In this document: positions 24,889 through 31,332 of the stretch, one piece after another
Position numbering within the stretch: the stretch's first letter is position 1
Layout of the letters: each line of letters begins with the position of its first letter
DNA from: a virus
Lineage: Duplodnaviria > Heunggongvirae > Uroviricota > Caudoviricetes
Length of the DNA: 64,000 bases
IMG/VR virus record: IMGVR_UViG_3300028840_001821
Strand: one strand, 5' to 3'
Position numbers and translations under genes: made by a program
The notes under the pieces: model-generated
Database searches by the model: none
What the model saw: the letters and a program-made list of their open reading frames with translations, nothing else
What the model was told of the DNA's origin: nothing

Positions 24889-24925
24889 TAGCCCTCCGTG
24901 GCGGGGGCTAGCATAGACTATATGT

Positions 24926-25003
24926 GCCTCCGTGGTGTCAACAGTTTAACATACCCGGCTCTTACCCGGTGAGATCTAGGTGCGAATCCTAGCGGGGGTA
25001 CCA
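24926..25003 (+). tRNA. tRNA-Lys (anticodon CTT), CCA encoded
   Basis: The cloverleaf folds with acceptor gcctccg/cgggggt, anticodon loop cuCUUac, and T arm ctagg-tgcgaat-cctag followed by A-CCA. Confidence 0.6.
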
Positions 25004-25006
25004 AGT

Positions 25007-25083
25007 GCCTCCGTAATGTAATGGACAAGCATACTCGGCTTTTAACCGATGAAGTGTGGGTTCGAATCCTACCGGGGGTACCA
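25007..25083 (+). tRNA. tRNA-Lys (anticodon TTT), CCA encoded
   Basis: Same acceptor as the previous tRNA, anticodon loop cuUUUaa, T arm gtggg-ttcgaat-cctac. It starts 3 nt after the previous tRNA. Confidence 0.6.
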
Positions 25084-25084
25084 A

Positions 25085-25159
25085 ACTCCCGTGGTGTAAT
25101 AGACGCATACTCGCCTCCTAAGCGTTGAGGTCCGGGTGCAAATCCTGGCGGGAGTACCA
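25085..25159 (+). tRNA. tRNA-Arg (anticodon CCT), CCA encoded
   Basis: Acceptor actcccg/cgggagt followed by A-CCA, T arm ccggg-tgcaaat-cctgg, and loop cuCCUaa. The anticodon stem has only 3 clean base pairs. Confidence 0.5.
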
Positions 25160-25161
25160 AA

Positions 25162-25242
25162 GGCGCGGTGGCAGAGCGGCGAATGCACCCGGCTGTAAAC
25201 CGGGCGTCTATGACCTCCCTGGTTCGAGTCCAGGTCGCGCCA
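25162..25242 (+). tRNA. tRNA-Tyr (anticodon GTA), class II
   Basis: Acceptor ggcgcgg/tcgcgcc, perfect anticodon stem cccgg/ccggg around loop cuGUAaa, a 13-nt variable arm, and T arm cctgg-ttcgagt-ccagg. No CCA is encoded. Confidence 0.65.
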
Positions 25243-25259
25243 TAAGGTGAGAGACAAAC

Positions 25260-25655
25260 ATGCACTGGTCGGAACTAGATAGTACACAAAAGCGTGGCGA
25301 TGTTGGCATGAGCATGGCTATCGCCTATTTCACGAGACACGGATATACGGTTTCTATCCCGCTGACTGATAGTCAAGATTACGACTTAATCGCTGATCTC
25401 GGCGGGGCTCTTGTTAGGGTCCAGGTAAAGACTACAACGTACAAGCGTCCAAATGGCGTTAGCGAAGTCAGCCTAAAGACCATGACCGGAACTACAAAGA
25501 AGCGGATACACAAGACGTTTGACCAAGTATCATGCGACTACCTATTTGTCGTTACGACCGAAGATAGGATGTTCATGATCCCCAAGGATGAGGTGGCTGG
25601 GAAAACCACCCTGGCGATCGAGAACAAGTATGCGGCATATGAGGTAGAACTATAG
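25260..25655 (+). CDS. PD-(D/E)XK-type nuclease family protein
   Basis: The motif ..DYDLIADLGGALVRVQVK.. (D-x13-E/Q-x-K pattern) sits in a small 131-aa protein embedded in the tRNA island. The position is typical for homing-type nucleases. Confidence 0.5.
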   Translation: MHWSELDSTQKRGDVGMSMAIAYFTRHGYTVSIPLTDSQDYDLIADLGGALVRVQVKTTTYKRPNGVSEVSLKTMTGTTKKRIHKTFDQVSCDYLFVVTTEDRMFMIPKDEVAGKTTLAIENKYAAYEVEL

Positions 25656-25731
25656 GACAGAAAGGGCTGGTTGTCCTGGGTGGTCTTATAAGCCACTGTC
25701 AATGTCGAGTTCGATTCTCGTCTGTCCTACC
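25653..25731 (+). tRNA. tRNA-Ile (anticodon TAT), CCA encoded
   Basis: Acceptor aggacag/ctgtcct followed by A-CCA, anticodon stem gtggt/gccac around loop cuUAUaa, and T arm tcgag-ttcgatt-ctcgt. The variable region is 8 nt. It overlaps the stop codon of the upstream CDS. Confidence 0.5.
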
Positions 25732-25740
25732 AAAATAATT

Positions 25741-25814
25741 TGGGCTCGTACTCCAACAGGAAGAGAGACCCGGCTCAAATCCGGGATAGTGTGAGTTCGA
25801 ATCTCACCGAGCCT
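25741..25814 (+). tRNA. class-I tRNA with anticodon CAA (Leu codon UUG), discriminator A
   Basis: Acceptor gggctcg/cgagcct, perfect anticodon stem cccgg/ccggg around loop cuCAAau, a 5-nt variable loop, and T arm gtgag-ttcgaat-ctcac. Confidence 0.5.
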
Positions 25815-25819
25815 ATAGA

Positions 25820-25892
25820 CGCCCGGGTAGCCGAATGGAATAGGCGCTGGTCTTAGGAACCAGATTTTGTGGGTTCGACTCCCACCCCGGGT
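25820..25892 (+). tRNA. class-I tRNA with anticodon TAG (Leu codon CUA), discriminator A
   Basis: A perfect 73-nt cloverleaf, gcccggg-ta-gccg..aggc-g-ctggt-cuUAGga-accag-atttt-gtggg-ttcgact-cccac-cccgggt-a. Confidence 0.55.
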
Positions 25893-25898
25893 ATCACA

Positions 25899-25972
25899 CG
25901 GGCTGATGGTGACAACGGCTTAACACGCCGCCTTTGCACGGCGGAGATCTGGGTTCGATTCCCAGTCGGTCC
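25899..25972 (+). tRNA. tRNA-Ala (anticodon TGC)
   Basis: Acceptor gggctga/tcggtcc includes the G3:U70 Ala identity pair. The anticodon stem ccgcc/ggcgg is perfect around loop uuUGCac, and the T arm is ctggg-ttcgatt-cccag. Confidence 0.6.
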
Positions 25973-25985
25973 ATATGGAGTAGGC

Positions 25986-26132
25986 ATGAAGTTGACTAAG
26001 GAACAGGCGGAAAAGCTTCTTGCAGAGGCGCTTAGACTCGCCTCTAACGAGGAGCCAGGGAAGGCGATAATTCTCAATGAAGAGGACATTCGTAAGATCC
26101 TTGATCCTGATTCTTCTACTGCTGGCGACTAG
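25986..26132 (+). CDS. possible small protein (48 aa)
   Basis: ATG-initiated ORF MKLTKEQAEKLLAEALRLAS.. immediately after tRNA-Ala. It overlaps the next, better-supported CDS by 56 nt. Confidence 0.25.
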   Translation: MKLTKEQAEKLLAEALRLASNEEPGKAIILNEEDIRKILDPDSSTAGD

Positions 26133-26553
26133 CGCCGCAGCGCAGGATCTCTATTGGTATCCAAGCAAGTATCGACCGCAACTGTTTGTAACGGGCGCGG
26201 TAGCAGGAAGACCCACCGACGTCAAGGCAACGCTGGTCGAGTATAGCTCTCCAGCACCGTCGCGGGTGATCTTCCTCGTCGGCAAGTATCAGAAGCAGTA
26301 CGTTCAGGCGTTCCCGGGAATCGGCGTTCTCCACATCCCGTATCATACGATGTGGATGCAGCAGCGGTGGCTGAAGCTGAAATACCCGGCTCGCATCCTG
26401 GAGTTTTCTCTCTTTAAGGGGACGATTCACCCCGGCTTGAGGGGGACCCAATGGTGCGTACAAGTTTACGTAGAGTATTACAAGTGGGGTTATCCGGCAC
26501 CGCCGGAGGCACCGAAGTGGTTGTCTTACCCGCGCTTGGTAACGATTCAGTGA
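26077..26553 (+). CDS. secreted protein (signal peptide)
   Basis: Classical N-terminal signal peptide, MKRTFVRSLILILLLLATSAAAQD, in a Tyr/Trp-rich 158-aa protein. Confidence 0.5.
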   Translation: MKRTFVRSLILILLLLATSAAAQDLYWYPSKYRPQLFVTGAVAGRPTDVKATLVEYSSPAPSRVIFLVGKYQKQYVQAFPGIGVLHIPYHTMWMQQRWLKLKYPARILEFSLFKGTIHPGLRGTQWCVQVYVEYYKWGYPAPPEAPKWLSYPRLVTIQ

Positions 26554-26564
26554 AGAAGTTTGAC

Positions 26565-26640
26565 GCCCCAATGGTGTAATCGGCTAACACGCCGCCCTCT
26601 CAAGGCGGAGACATGGTGGGTTCAAATCCCCCTTGGGGTA
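26565..26640 (+). tRNA. tRNA-Glu (anticodon CTC)
   Basis: Acceptor gccccaa/ttggggt, D stem gtgt/acac, perfect anticodon stem ccgcc/ggcgg around loop cuCUCaa, and T loop ttcaaat. Confidence 0.55.
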
Positions 26641-26654
26641 TAAAAGGGACGCAG

Positions 26655-26726
26655 GTTGGTAAGTAGCTTAACTGGAAAAAGCACCGGGTCATGCCCGGGG
26701 AAGTGGTTCGAATCCACCTATCAACT
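26655..26726 (+). tRNA. tRNA-Met/Ile2-like (anticodon CAT)
   Basis: Acceptor gttggta/tatcaac, anticodon stem ccgg/ccgg around loop guCAUgc, and T arm agtgg-ttcgaat-ccacc. The D arm is poorly formed. Confidence 0.4.
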
Positions 26727-26787
26727 GTCGCGGTGAGGCTAGCGAGGGACGTCACTTACTAGTTTCCTCTTTGCCCTTTAATACAAC

Positions 26788-26862
26788 GGCGCTGTAGCTT
26801 AATTAGTAAAGCACGCGGCTGAAGACCGCGAGTCGCCGGTGCAATTCCGGACAGCGCCACCA
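26788..26862 (+). tRNA. tRNA-Phe (anticodon GAA), CCA encoded
   Basis: Perfect acceptor ggcgctg/cagcgcc followed by A-CCA, D stem gctt/aagc, and anticodon stem cgcgg/ccgcg around loop cuGAAga. Confidence 0.65.
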
Positions 26863-26863
26863 A

Positions 26864-26940
26864 CGGATCTTGGTGTAGGCAGTTCCGCACGCCACGCTGA
26901 TAACGTGGAAGACAAGGTGCAAATCCTTGAGATCCGACCA
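26864..26940 (+). tRNA. tRNA-Ile (anticodon GAT), CCA encoded
   Basis: Acceptor cggatct/agatccg followed by A-CCA, anticodon stem ccacg/cgtgg around loop cuGAUaa, and T arm caagg-tgcaaat-ccttg. It starts 2 nt after tRNA-Phe. Confidence 0.65.
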
Positions 26941-26946
26941 GACAAT

Positions 26947-27021
26947 TCAAGCGTAGCTCAGCAGCAGAGCGCCCGGCTGTTACCCGGAGGGTCGGTGGTG
27001 CAAGTCCACCCGCTTGAGCCA
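26947..27021 (+). tRNA. tRNA-Asn (anticodon GTT), CCA encoded
   Basis: Acceptor tcaagcg/cgcttga followed by G-CCA, D stem gctc/gagc, loop cuGUUac, and T arm ggtgg-tgcaagt-ccacc. Confidence 0.6.
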
Positions 27022-27029
27022 GACAGATC

Positions 27030-27106
27030 TCATCCGTAGCTCAGTGGTCTAGAGTCACCGGCTGTTAACCGGAGGGTCACGGGTTCGAATCCCGTCGGGT
27101 GAGCCA
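27030..27106 (+). tRNA. second tRNA with anticodon GTT (Asn-like), CCA encoded
   Basis: Acceptor tcatccg/cgggtga followed by G-CCA, loop cuGUUaa, and a perfect T arm acggg-ttcgaat-cccgt. Confidence 0.55.
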
Positions 27107-27210
27107 AAACAGAAAAGAGACAACAATGTGTGATACAATGATGAGCCGAATTACCTTTGCTAATATTACCGCCGCCCTGGTAATACGGGACGGCATTAAG
27201 ACTGCGTAGT

Positions 27211-27360
27211 ATGAGTGGTGCAAGAAGCGGACATCCCGTTATCGACCAACTCCTACAGAGCAACTACGAGTTTCCTCCGTGGGTGTCGGTTGTTATTCTT
27301 GTGGGTGCCTTGGCACTTTTCGCTTGGGTATTCTGGATGCTACGTGATCGAAAGAAATAG
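27211..27360 (+). CDS. small TM peptide (49 aa)
   Basis: MSGARSGHPVIDQLLQSNYEFPPWVSVVILVGALALFAWVFWMLRDRKK. Its stop overlaps the start of tRNA-Gln. Confidence 0.3.
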   Translation: MSGARSGHPVIDQLLQSNYEFPPWVSVVILVGALALFAWVFWMLRDRKK

Positions 27361-27435
27361 ACCCATAGTGGAATTAGCTAACACGTCGGACTCTGAATCC
27401 GAAGATTGCAGGTGCAAGTCCTGCTGGGTCTACCA
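27359..27435 (+). tRNA. tRNA-Gln (anticodon CTG), CCA encoded
   Basis: Acceptor agaccca/tgggtct followed by A-CCA, perfect anticodon stem tcgga/tccga around loop cuCUGaa, and T arm gcagg-tgcaagt-cctgc. Confidence 0.6.
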
Positions 27436-27442
27436 GAACAAT

Positions 27443-27529
27443 AGAGGCGTGACCGAGCGGCTAAGGGACCCGGTTGGAAGCCGGGTAGGGGTCTAAAAGC
27501 CTTCGTGGGTTCGAGTCCCACCGCCTCTG
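27443..27529 (+). tRNA. tRNA-Ser (anticodon GGA), class II
   Basis: Perfect acceptor agaggcg/cgcctct with G73, anticodon stem cccgg/ccggg around loop uuGGAag, a long variable arm, and T arm gtggg-ttcgagt-cccac. Confidence 0.65.
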
Positions 27530-27550
27530 CTCAGAATACCGGCTAACGCC

Positions 27551-27772
27551 GTGGAGACTAGTATGAAGTGTATCATGGATTTAGACTGGTGTACATACGA
27601 GTGCCCCTGCGGTGAGTCGCTGTGTACACGACATGAATCCGTAGAGTCAGTAACGGCTTGGATCGATCAACATCGCCCGCATACTGACGGCACTCTTAAG
27701 ACGCACATTAGCGATGATGGTGCGCGTATTCTTGGCGACGATGCTAAGAGGGATTATACAAGAAAGCTATAG
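27551..27772 (+). CDS. Cys-rich small protein
   Basis: 73 aa, ..DWCTYECPCGESLCTRHES.. Confidence 0.4.
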   Translation: METSMKCIMDLDWCTYECPCGESLCTRHESVESVTAWIDQHRPHTDGTLKTHISDDGARILGDDAKRDYTRKL

Positions 27773-27823
27773 AAATGTTTTACAGTTGTAGTTGTCGATC
27801 ATCCAGTCAACGTGGAAGGTAGG

Positions 27824-27900
27824 CAGATATTGGTTAGCTGCGCCCGATTGCTACTCGGGTAGACTTCACGGTCCTGTGGGTTCGAGTCCCTCACCTTCCT
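27824..27900 (+). tRNA. tRNA-Ser (anticodon GCT), class II
   Basis: Perfect acceptor ggaaggt/accttcc, D stem gcag/ctgc, anticodon stem cccga/tcggg around loop uuGCUac, and a long variable arm. Confidence 0.6.
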
Positions 27901-27905
27901 CTTTG

Positions 27906-27996
27906 GGAGGCTTAGTCTAACGGTAGGACACCTGGCTCGAACCCAGGCAAGGCGGCGAGAGTCGTTGTGAGAGTTCGAATCTCTCAGCCTCCTCCA
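27906..27996 (+). tRNA. tRNA-Ser (anticodon CGA), class II, CCA encoded
   Basis: Acceptor ggaggct/agcctcc, anticodon stem cctgg/ccagg around loop cuCGAac, a 21-nt variable arm, and T arm gagag-ttcgaat-ctctc followed by U-CCA. Confidence 0.6.
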
Positions 27997-27999
27997 TCC

Positions 28000-28081
28000 G
28001 CCCTGGTGACCCGAGTGGTAAGGGAGCGGGTTGCAACCCCGCTGGCGCAAGCTATCGTCAGTTCGATTCTGACCCGGGGCT
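28000..28081 (+). tRNA. long-variable-arm tRNA with anticodon GCA (Cys codon) and U73
   Basis: Acceptor gccctgg/ccggggc, anticodon stem gcggg/cccgc around loop uuGCAac, a variable arm tggc-gcaa-gcta (4-bp stem with GNRA loop), and a perfect T arm gtcag-ttcgatt-ctgac. Confidence 0.5.
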
Positions 28082-28107
28082 CTAACCGACTTTGTCGGGA
28101 GAAGAAA

Positions 28108-28296
28108 ATGTCTCAAACTCATGGTTCGAATATTCCAGGCAATCCATATTATGGAGAAAGTATCATGGACGCAATCATTGGAGAACTGAAGGTTCAGCTT
28201 GAGGCTATGAAGCGCCTTCCAAGCCACCGCGAGGTCGCGTTGGCGATCACAAAGCTGGAAGAGTCCATCATGTGGCTCAAGGCTTTCAAGAAGTAA
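28108..28296 (+). CDS. small hypothetical protein (62 aa)
   Basis: RBS cgggagaagaaaATG. The 5' part of track ORF 27967..28296 lies over tRNAs and is rejected. Confidence 0.4.
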   Translation: MSQTHGSNIPGNPYYGESIMDAIIGELKVQLEAMKRLPSHREVALAITKLEESIMWLKAFKK

Positions 28297-28302
28297 CTAT
28301 GT

Positions 28303-28378
28303 GCCCCTGTCGTCTAACGGATCAGGATCTCTGGCTACGAACCAGAGGATGGGAGTTCGAATCTCTCCGGGGGTACCA
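28303..28378 (+). tRNA. tRNA-Arg (anticodon ACG), CCA encoded
   Basis: Acceptor gcccctg/cgggggt followed by A-CCA, anticodon stem ctctgg/ccagag around loop cuACGaa, and T arm gggag-ttcgaat-ctctc. Confidence 0.6.
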
Positions 28379-28379
28379 C

Positions 28380-28451
28380 ACCCCTGTGATCTAACGGCTA
28401 GGGTATCTGCCTTACAAGCAGAAAGTGGTGGTTCGATTCCACCCAGGGGTA
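28380..28451 (+). tRNA. tRNA-Val (anticodon TAC)
   Basis: Acceptor acccctg/caggggt, perfect anticodon stem tctgc/gcaga around loop cuUACaa, and T arm ggtgg-ttcgatt-ccacc. Confidence 0.6.
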
Positions 28452-28455
28452 TAAA

Positions 28456-28526
28456 CGGGAATTGGTATAATGGTAGCATACGTGGTTTGGGACCACGGGG
28501 CGAAAGTTCGATTCTTTCATTCCCGA
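28456..28526 (+). tRNA. tRNA-Pro (anticodon TGG)
   Basis: Acceptor cgggaat/attcccg, D stem gtat/atac, anticodon stem cgtgg/ccacg around loop uuUGGga, and T arm gaaag-ttcgatt-ctttc. Confidence 0.6.
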
Positions 28527-28638
28527 TAACACGGAAGCCGTGGAAACGGTCAGACTCGATAAGCTTACCGCTAGCTAGGCATATGACTAGGTATGTGAGT
28601 CTATGTGGAGCCACTCACCGTAGAAACCGCTTCCAATC

Positions 28639-28713
28639 GGTCTTATGGTGTAACGAGTAACATACAGGACTGTCGATCCTGAGCACGGAGTGCAAGTCTC
28701 CGTAGGACCGCCA
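28639..28713 (+). tRNA. tRNA-Asp (anticodon GTC), CCA encoded
   Basis: Acceptor ggtctta/taggacc followed by G-CCA, perfect anticodon stem cagga/tcctg around loop cuGUCga, and T arm cggag-tgcaagt-ctccg. Confidence 0.6.
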
Positions 28714-28721
28714 TAATATAT

Positions 28722-28793
28722 GCCGGATTAGTTCATCAAGTAGAATACGCGCCTTGTAAGCATGAGAGCGGGGTGCAAGTCCTCGATCCGGCG
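28722..28793 (+). tRNA. tRNA-Thr (anticodon TGT)
   Basis: Perfect acceptor gccggat/atccggc and loop cuUGUaa. The anticodon stem has one mismatch. Confidence 0.5.
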
Positions 28794-28799
28794 CTCGAT

Positions 28800-28877
28800 G
28801 TCACAGATAGCTCAACTAGTTAGAGTATCGCACTGTGAATGCGAAGGTTGAGGGTGCGAGTCCCTCTCTGTGACCCA
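28800..28877 (+). tRNA. tRNA-His (anticodon GTG) with G-1, CCA encoded
   Basis: A G at -1 precedes acceptor tcacaga/tctgtga followed by C73-CCA. Perfect anticodon stem tcgca/tgcga around loop cuGUGaa, and T arm gaggg-tgcgagt-ccctc. Confidence 0.65.
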
Positions 28878-28878
28878 T

Positions 28879-28952
28879 AGGGTGATGGTGTAATGGTAAC
28901 ATGGCGGTTTCCAAAACCGCGGCTCAAGGTTCGATTCCTTGTCGCCCTGCCA
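28879..28952 (+). tRNA. tRNA-Trp (anticodon CCA), CCA encoded
   Basis: Acceptor agggtga/tcgccct followed by G-CCA, perfect anticodon stem gcggt/accgc around loop uuCCAaa, and T arm caagg-ttcgatt-ccttg. Confidence 0.6.
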
Positions 28953-28972
28953 TAACCTTTTAGGTTAGAAAT

Positions 28973-29110
28973 ATGATCTTAGAGAAAGATATCCCGCAGC
29001 CCAAGATAGACCCAGCTAAGTACTATGCTGCGGAGTATTTTGAATTTCATTATCCTCAGCCCAACTGGTTTGACCGCCTATGGGCAAAGATTGAAGACTG
29101 GCTTGATTAA
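28973..29110 (+). CDS. small hypothetical protein (45 aa)
   Basis: MILEKDIPQPKIDPAKYYAAEYFEFHYPQPNWFDRLWAKIEDWLD, lying between tRNA genes. Confidence 0.3.
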   Translation: MILEKDIPQPKIDPAKYYAAEYFEFHYPQPNWFDRLWAKIEDWLD

Positions 29111-29112
29111 CT

Positions 29113-29185
29113 GCGTCTATGGTGTTCAACGGTAGCACACGACGTTGCCAACGTCGAGGTTCGGGTTCAAGTCCCGGTAGATGCT
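29113..29185 (+). tRNA. tRNA-Gly (anticodon GCC)
   Basis: Acceptor gcgtcta/tagatgc, perfect anticodon stem cgacg/cgtcg around loop uuGCCaa, and T arm tcggg-ttcaagt-cccgg. Confidence 0.6.
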
Positions 29186-29192
29186 CTCATTA

Positions 29193-29268
29193 GCGTCCGT
29201 GGTGTTTAACAGTAGCATCACTGGCTTCCAACCAGTGGGTCTCGGTGCGATTCCGAGTGGACGCTCCA
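29193..29268 (+). tRNA. tRNA-Gly (anticodon TCC), CCA encoded
   Basis: Acceptor gcgtccg/tggacgc followed by U-CCA, perfect anticodon stem actgg/ccagt around loop cuUCCaa, and T arm ctcgg-tgcgatt-ccgag. Confidence 0.6.
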
Positions 29269-29471
29269 AAACGTAGTTTGTAGGAAGTTGGGGTATTTCG
29301 CGCAGAGGGTAGAGTTCTGCACTTGGGGCAGATCGGTGGAAGTTCCTCGTGGGGTGGACGAACCGGTATTCCTGCTCCTAAGACGACCAGGAACTCCCGA
29401 TTCAGGTGCTCTCTAGTCCGCGCTCATCGTCATGGAGTATCCCACTTCCTTCTTTTTTAAGGGAAGTGGAC

Positions 29472-29960
29472 ATGAAGTATTTTTTCATCGCACTCTTAAT
29501 CCTGTGTGTTGGTGGCTTTTGTGCCGCCAATTATCATCAGTTTAAGAGACCCGCACCCGCCGTGGCTATCGAAGCCGCACAATCTGGCGATTCTATCGCC
29601 GACCCCGCCTCTATCCCCGCCTTGGCGAACCTCTTCATCGCCGCCCTCCAGATGTATAACAGTATTGACGCTATCTTAGAAGAGGTCCGTAGAGTCAATG
29701 ATGTCGTAGACGAGGACTCTATCACCGGCATTGCCGATTCTGGACATGGGGATGGTTCGGTCGCCACTGTGATCTACTACAAAGACAAGAACGGCGACAT
29801 GAAGACCTGTCACAGCACCAAGGATGGGATCGCCCGTGTTGCTGGCGAGATCAAGCTTCTTTGGGGCATGGGTAAGAAGCCCGTCATCATCCTTGTCGTG
29901 ACGAAGGCTACTAAACAGATCAGCACTTTAGGCATCGTTGTGAAGAAGCCGGGCAAGTAA
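29472..29960 (+). CDS. secreted/exported protein
   Basis: The signal-peptide-like N-terminus MKYFFIALLILCVGGFCAANY follows RBS aagggaagtggacATG. 162 aa. Confidence 0.5.
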   Translation: MKYFFIALLILCVGGFCAANYHQFKRPAPAVAIEAAQSGDSIADPASIPALANLFIAALQMYNSIDAILEEVRRVNDVVDEDSITGIADSGHGDGSVATVIYYKDKNGDMKTCHSTKDGIARVAGEIKLLWGMGKKPVIILVVTKATKQISTLGIVVKKPGK

Positions 29961-30256
29961 TGGGCAGCTACCATATGTTCCCGCGCAGCTTCATCGAGGG
30001 GCTGAACCTGGGAGATCCAGACGCCTTCGACCGGTGCCTGGACATTTCAACCTTCTTCCATACCAAGCAGGACAATCGCTGGCAGGAAGAGGGGGATTCG
30101 CAGACAATGTACGGAGCGCGGCTGTTGTATATCGCGCACGTTATGGGATTTGAAGTTACCGATCACGGTATGATTAAGAACGCCAAGGGAGAGAGACTCA
30201 GCTTTGATGATTTGATTCGCGTCATCGAACGTCGCCTTGGCAAACAAGGAGGCTAA
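29960..30256 (+). CDS. hypothetical protein
   Basis: TAATG coupling with the upstream gene, 98 aa. Confidence 0.45.
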   Translation: MGSYHMFPRSFIEGLNLGDPDAFDRCLDISTFFHTKQDNRWQEEGDSQTMYGARLLYIAHVMGFEVTDHGMIKNAKGERLSFDDLIRVIERRLGKQGG

Positions 30257-30258
30257 GA

Positions 30259-30528
30259 ATGGGACGCAAATCGTTAGAATCGAAGGGCAAGATCAGCCGT
30301 GACGAGCTATATGACCTCTACGTCACGCAGTCGTTGTCCGTCAAAGCCATTGCGCAACGCAAGGACATGGCGCAAGGCACCGTTTACAATTACCTGGTGG
30401 CGTATGAGATTCCACGTCGCCCTAGAGGGAGCCGCCGGTCTAAGGCAACAGCCCCCGTGGCACCGCCGCTGGCTAACCCCGAAATCCCGGCTTTGGAGAA
30501 CACCGATGACCACTCCGGAAATGCGTAA
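30259..30528 (+). CDS. HTH DNA-binding protein
   Basis: The ..LSVKAIAQRKDMAQGTVYNYL.. segment is a helix-turn-helix-like pattern. 89 aa. Confidence 0.4.
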   Translation: MGRKSLESKGKISRDELYDLYVTQSLSVKAIAQRKDMAQGTVYNYLVAYEIPRRPRGSRRSKATAPVAPPLANPEIPALENTDDHSGNA

Positions 30529-30925
30529 TGACGCTTCGCGTCGTATCTCGCGTATGCAGGAAAACATGGCTGACAAGAAGCGCCCAAAGAAGGTAGACCC
30601 GACAGTTCCCGCGACAGACACGCCGCCCGAACCGGAACTGTACGAAGAGGAACTAGAGTACATGGTCCTCCCCGAAGAGAGTGCTAGCCAGATCAGCGAG
30701 GCGAACCTCAAGGAAGGGGACGTAGTAATCTACCTCCGCGCCGTGACATTCAAGCCCGAGGTACTCAAGAACATCGCTCAGCGGGGTCCAACCGCACTGC
30801 GGGACTACGCCGTTAAGCAGCCCGCGTATTTCTTGATTACGAGACAGGAATACGCAGCAGACGTGTTGAAGGCGCTGTTAGAAGACAGTATCAACCCGCC
30901 CAAAAAGGATGAGGAGAGAGAATAA
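30506..30925 (+). CDS. hypothetical protein
   Basis: 139 aa. Its start overlaps the upstream gene. An alternative ATG exists at 30521. Confidence 0.4.
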   Translation: MTTPEMRNDASRRISRMQENMADKKRPKKVDPTVPATDTPPEPELYEEELEYMVLPEESASQISEANLKEGDVVIYLRAVTFKPEVLKNIAQRGPTALRDYAVKQPAYFLITRQEYAADVLKALLEDSINPPKKDEERE

Positions 30926-31323
30926 TGGCTGGAAAGAGAATCCCCCAGGATAACACGCCCGTCGTGAGTCCGCAGGACTTCCAGGAACGTAAGGCGAAGC
31001 AGGACATCGAGAATCGTCGGCTGGCGAACGTGGCTGCTCTAGGTAAGCGCATTCGTGAGCTAGAGGCGGCTGAGAAGGTTTATACCGCCGAGATCCAGGA
31101 GCTAAAGATCCGGATTGCCACGTTGGAGGAGGAGAATACAGAGATGGTCGAGAAGATGAAGACGTTCGGTGCGGATGCTCCACTCGAAGATCCGATTGCC
31201 GACGAGGATCTAGAGCTAACGAAGGAGCCTGCGACAGCGCGTGAGCTTCCCAAGAAGGACGCGAAGCCTACGAAGAAGGACGAAGACGACGACGAAGAGA
31301 AGACCGATAAAGAGGATCTCTAA
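30925..31323 (+). CDS. coiled-coil protein with acidic tail
   Basis: TAATG coupling with the upstream gene, 132 aa (..RIRELEAAEKVYTAEIQELKIRIATLEEENTEM..). Confidence 0.5.
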   Translation: MAGKRIPQDNTPVVSPQDFQERKAKQDIENRRLANVAALGKRIRELEAAEKVYTAEIQELKIRIATLEEENTEMVEKMKTFGADAPLEDPIADEDLELTKEPATARELPKKDAKPTKKDEDDDEEKTDKEDL

Positions 31324-31332
31324 GTGACTTTA

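Noticed and set aside
24918-25287. Minus-strand ORFs (24918..25265, 25069..25287) and similar ones at 25853..26089, 26759..27263, 27799..28227, 28297..28614 and 28301..28660
   Set aside because: They lie entirely over tightly packed tRNA genes and are low-complexity read-throughs of tRNA DNA.
28526-28638. Possible additional tRNA in the 112-nt gap between tRNA-Pro and tRNA-Asp
   Set aside because: It has hairpins (ccgtggaaacgg, gtgagtc..gactc) but no T-loop motif or acceptor pairing. It may be a processing spacer.
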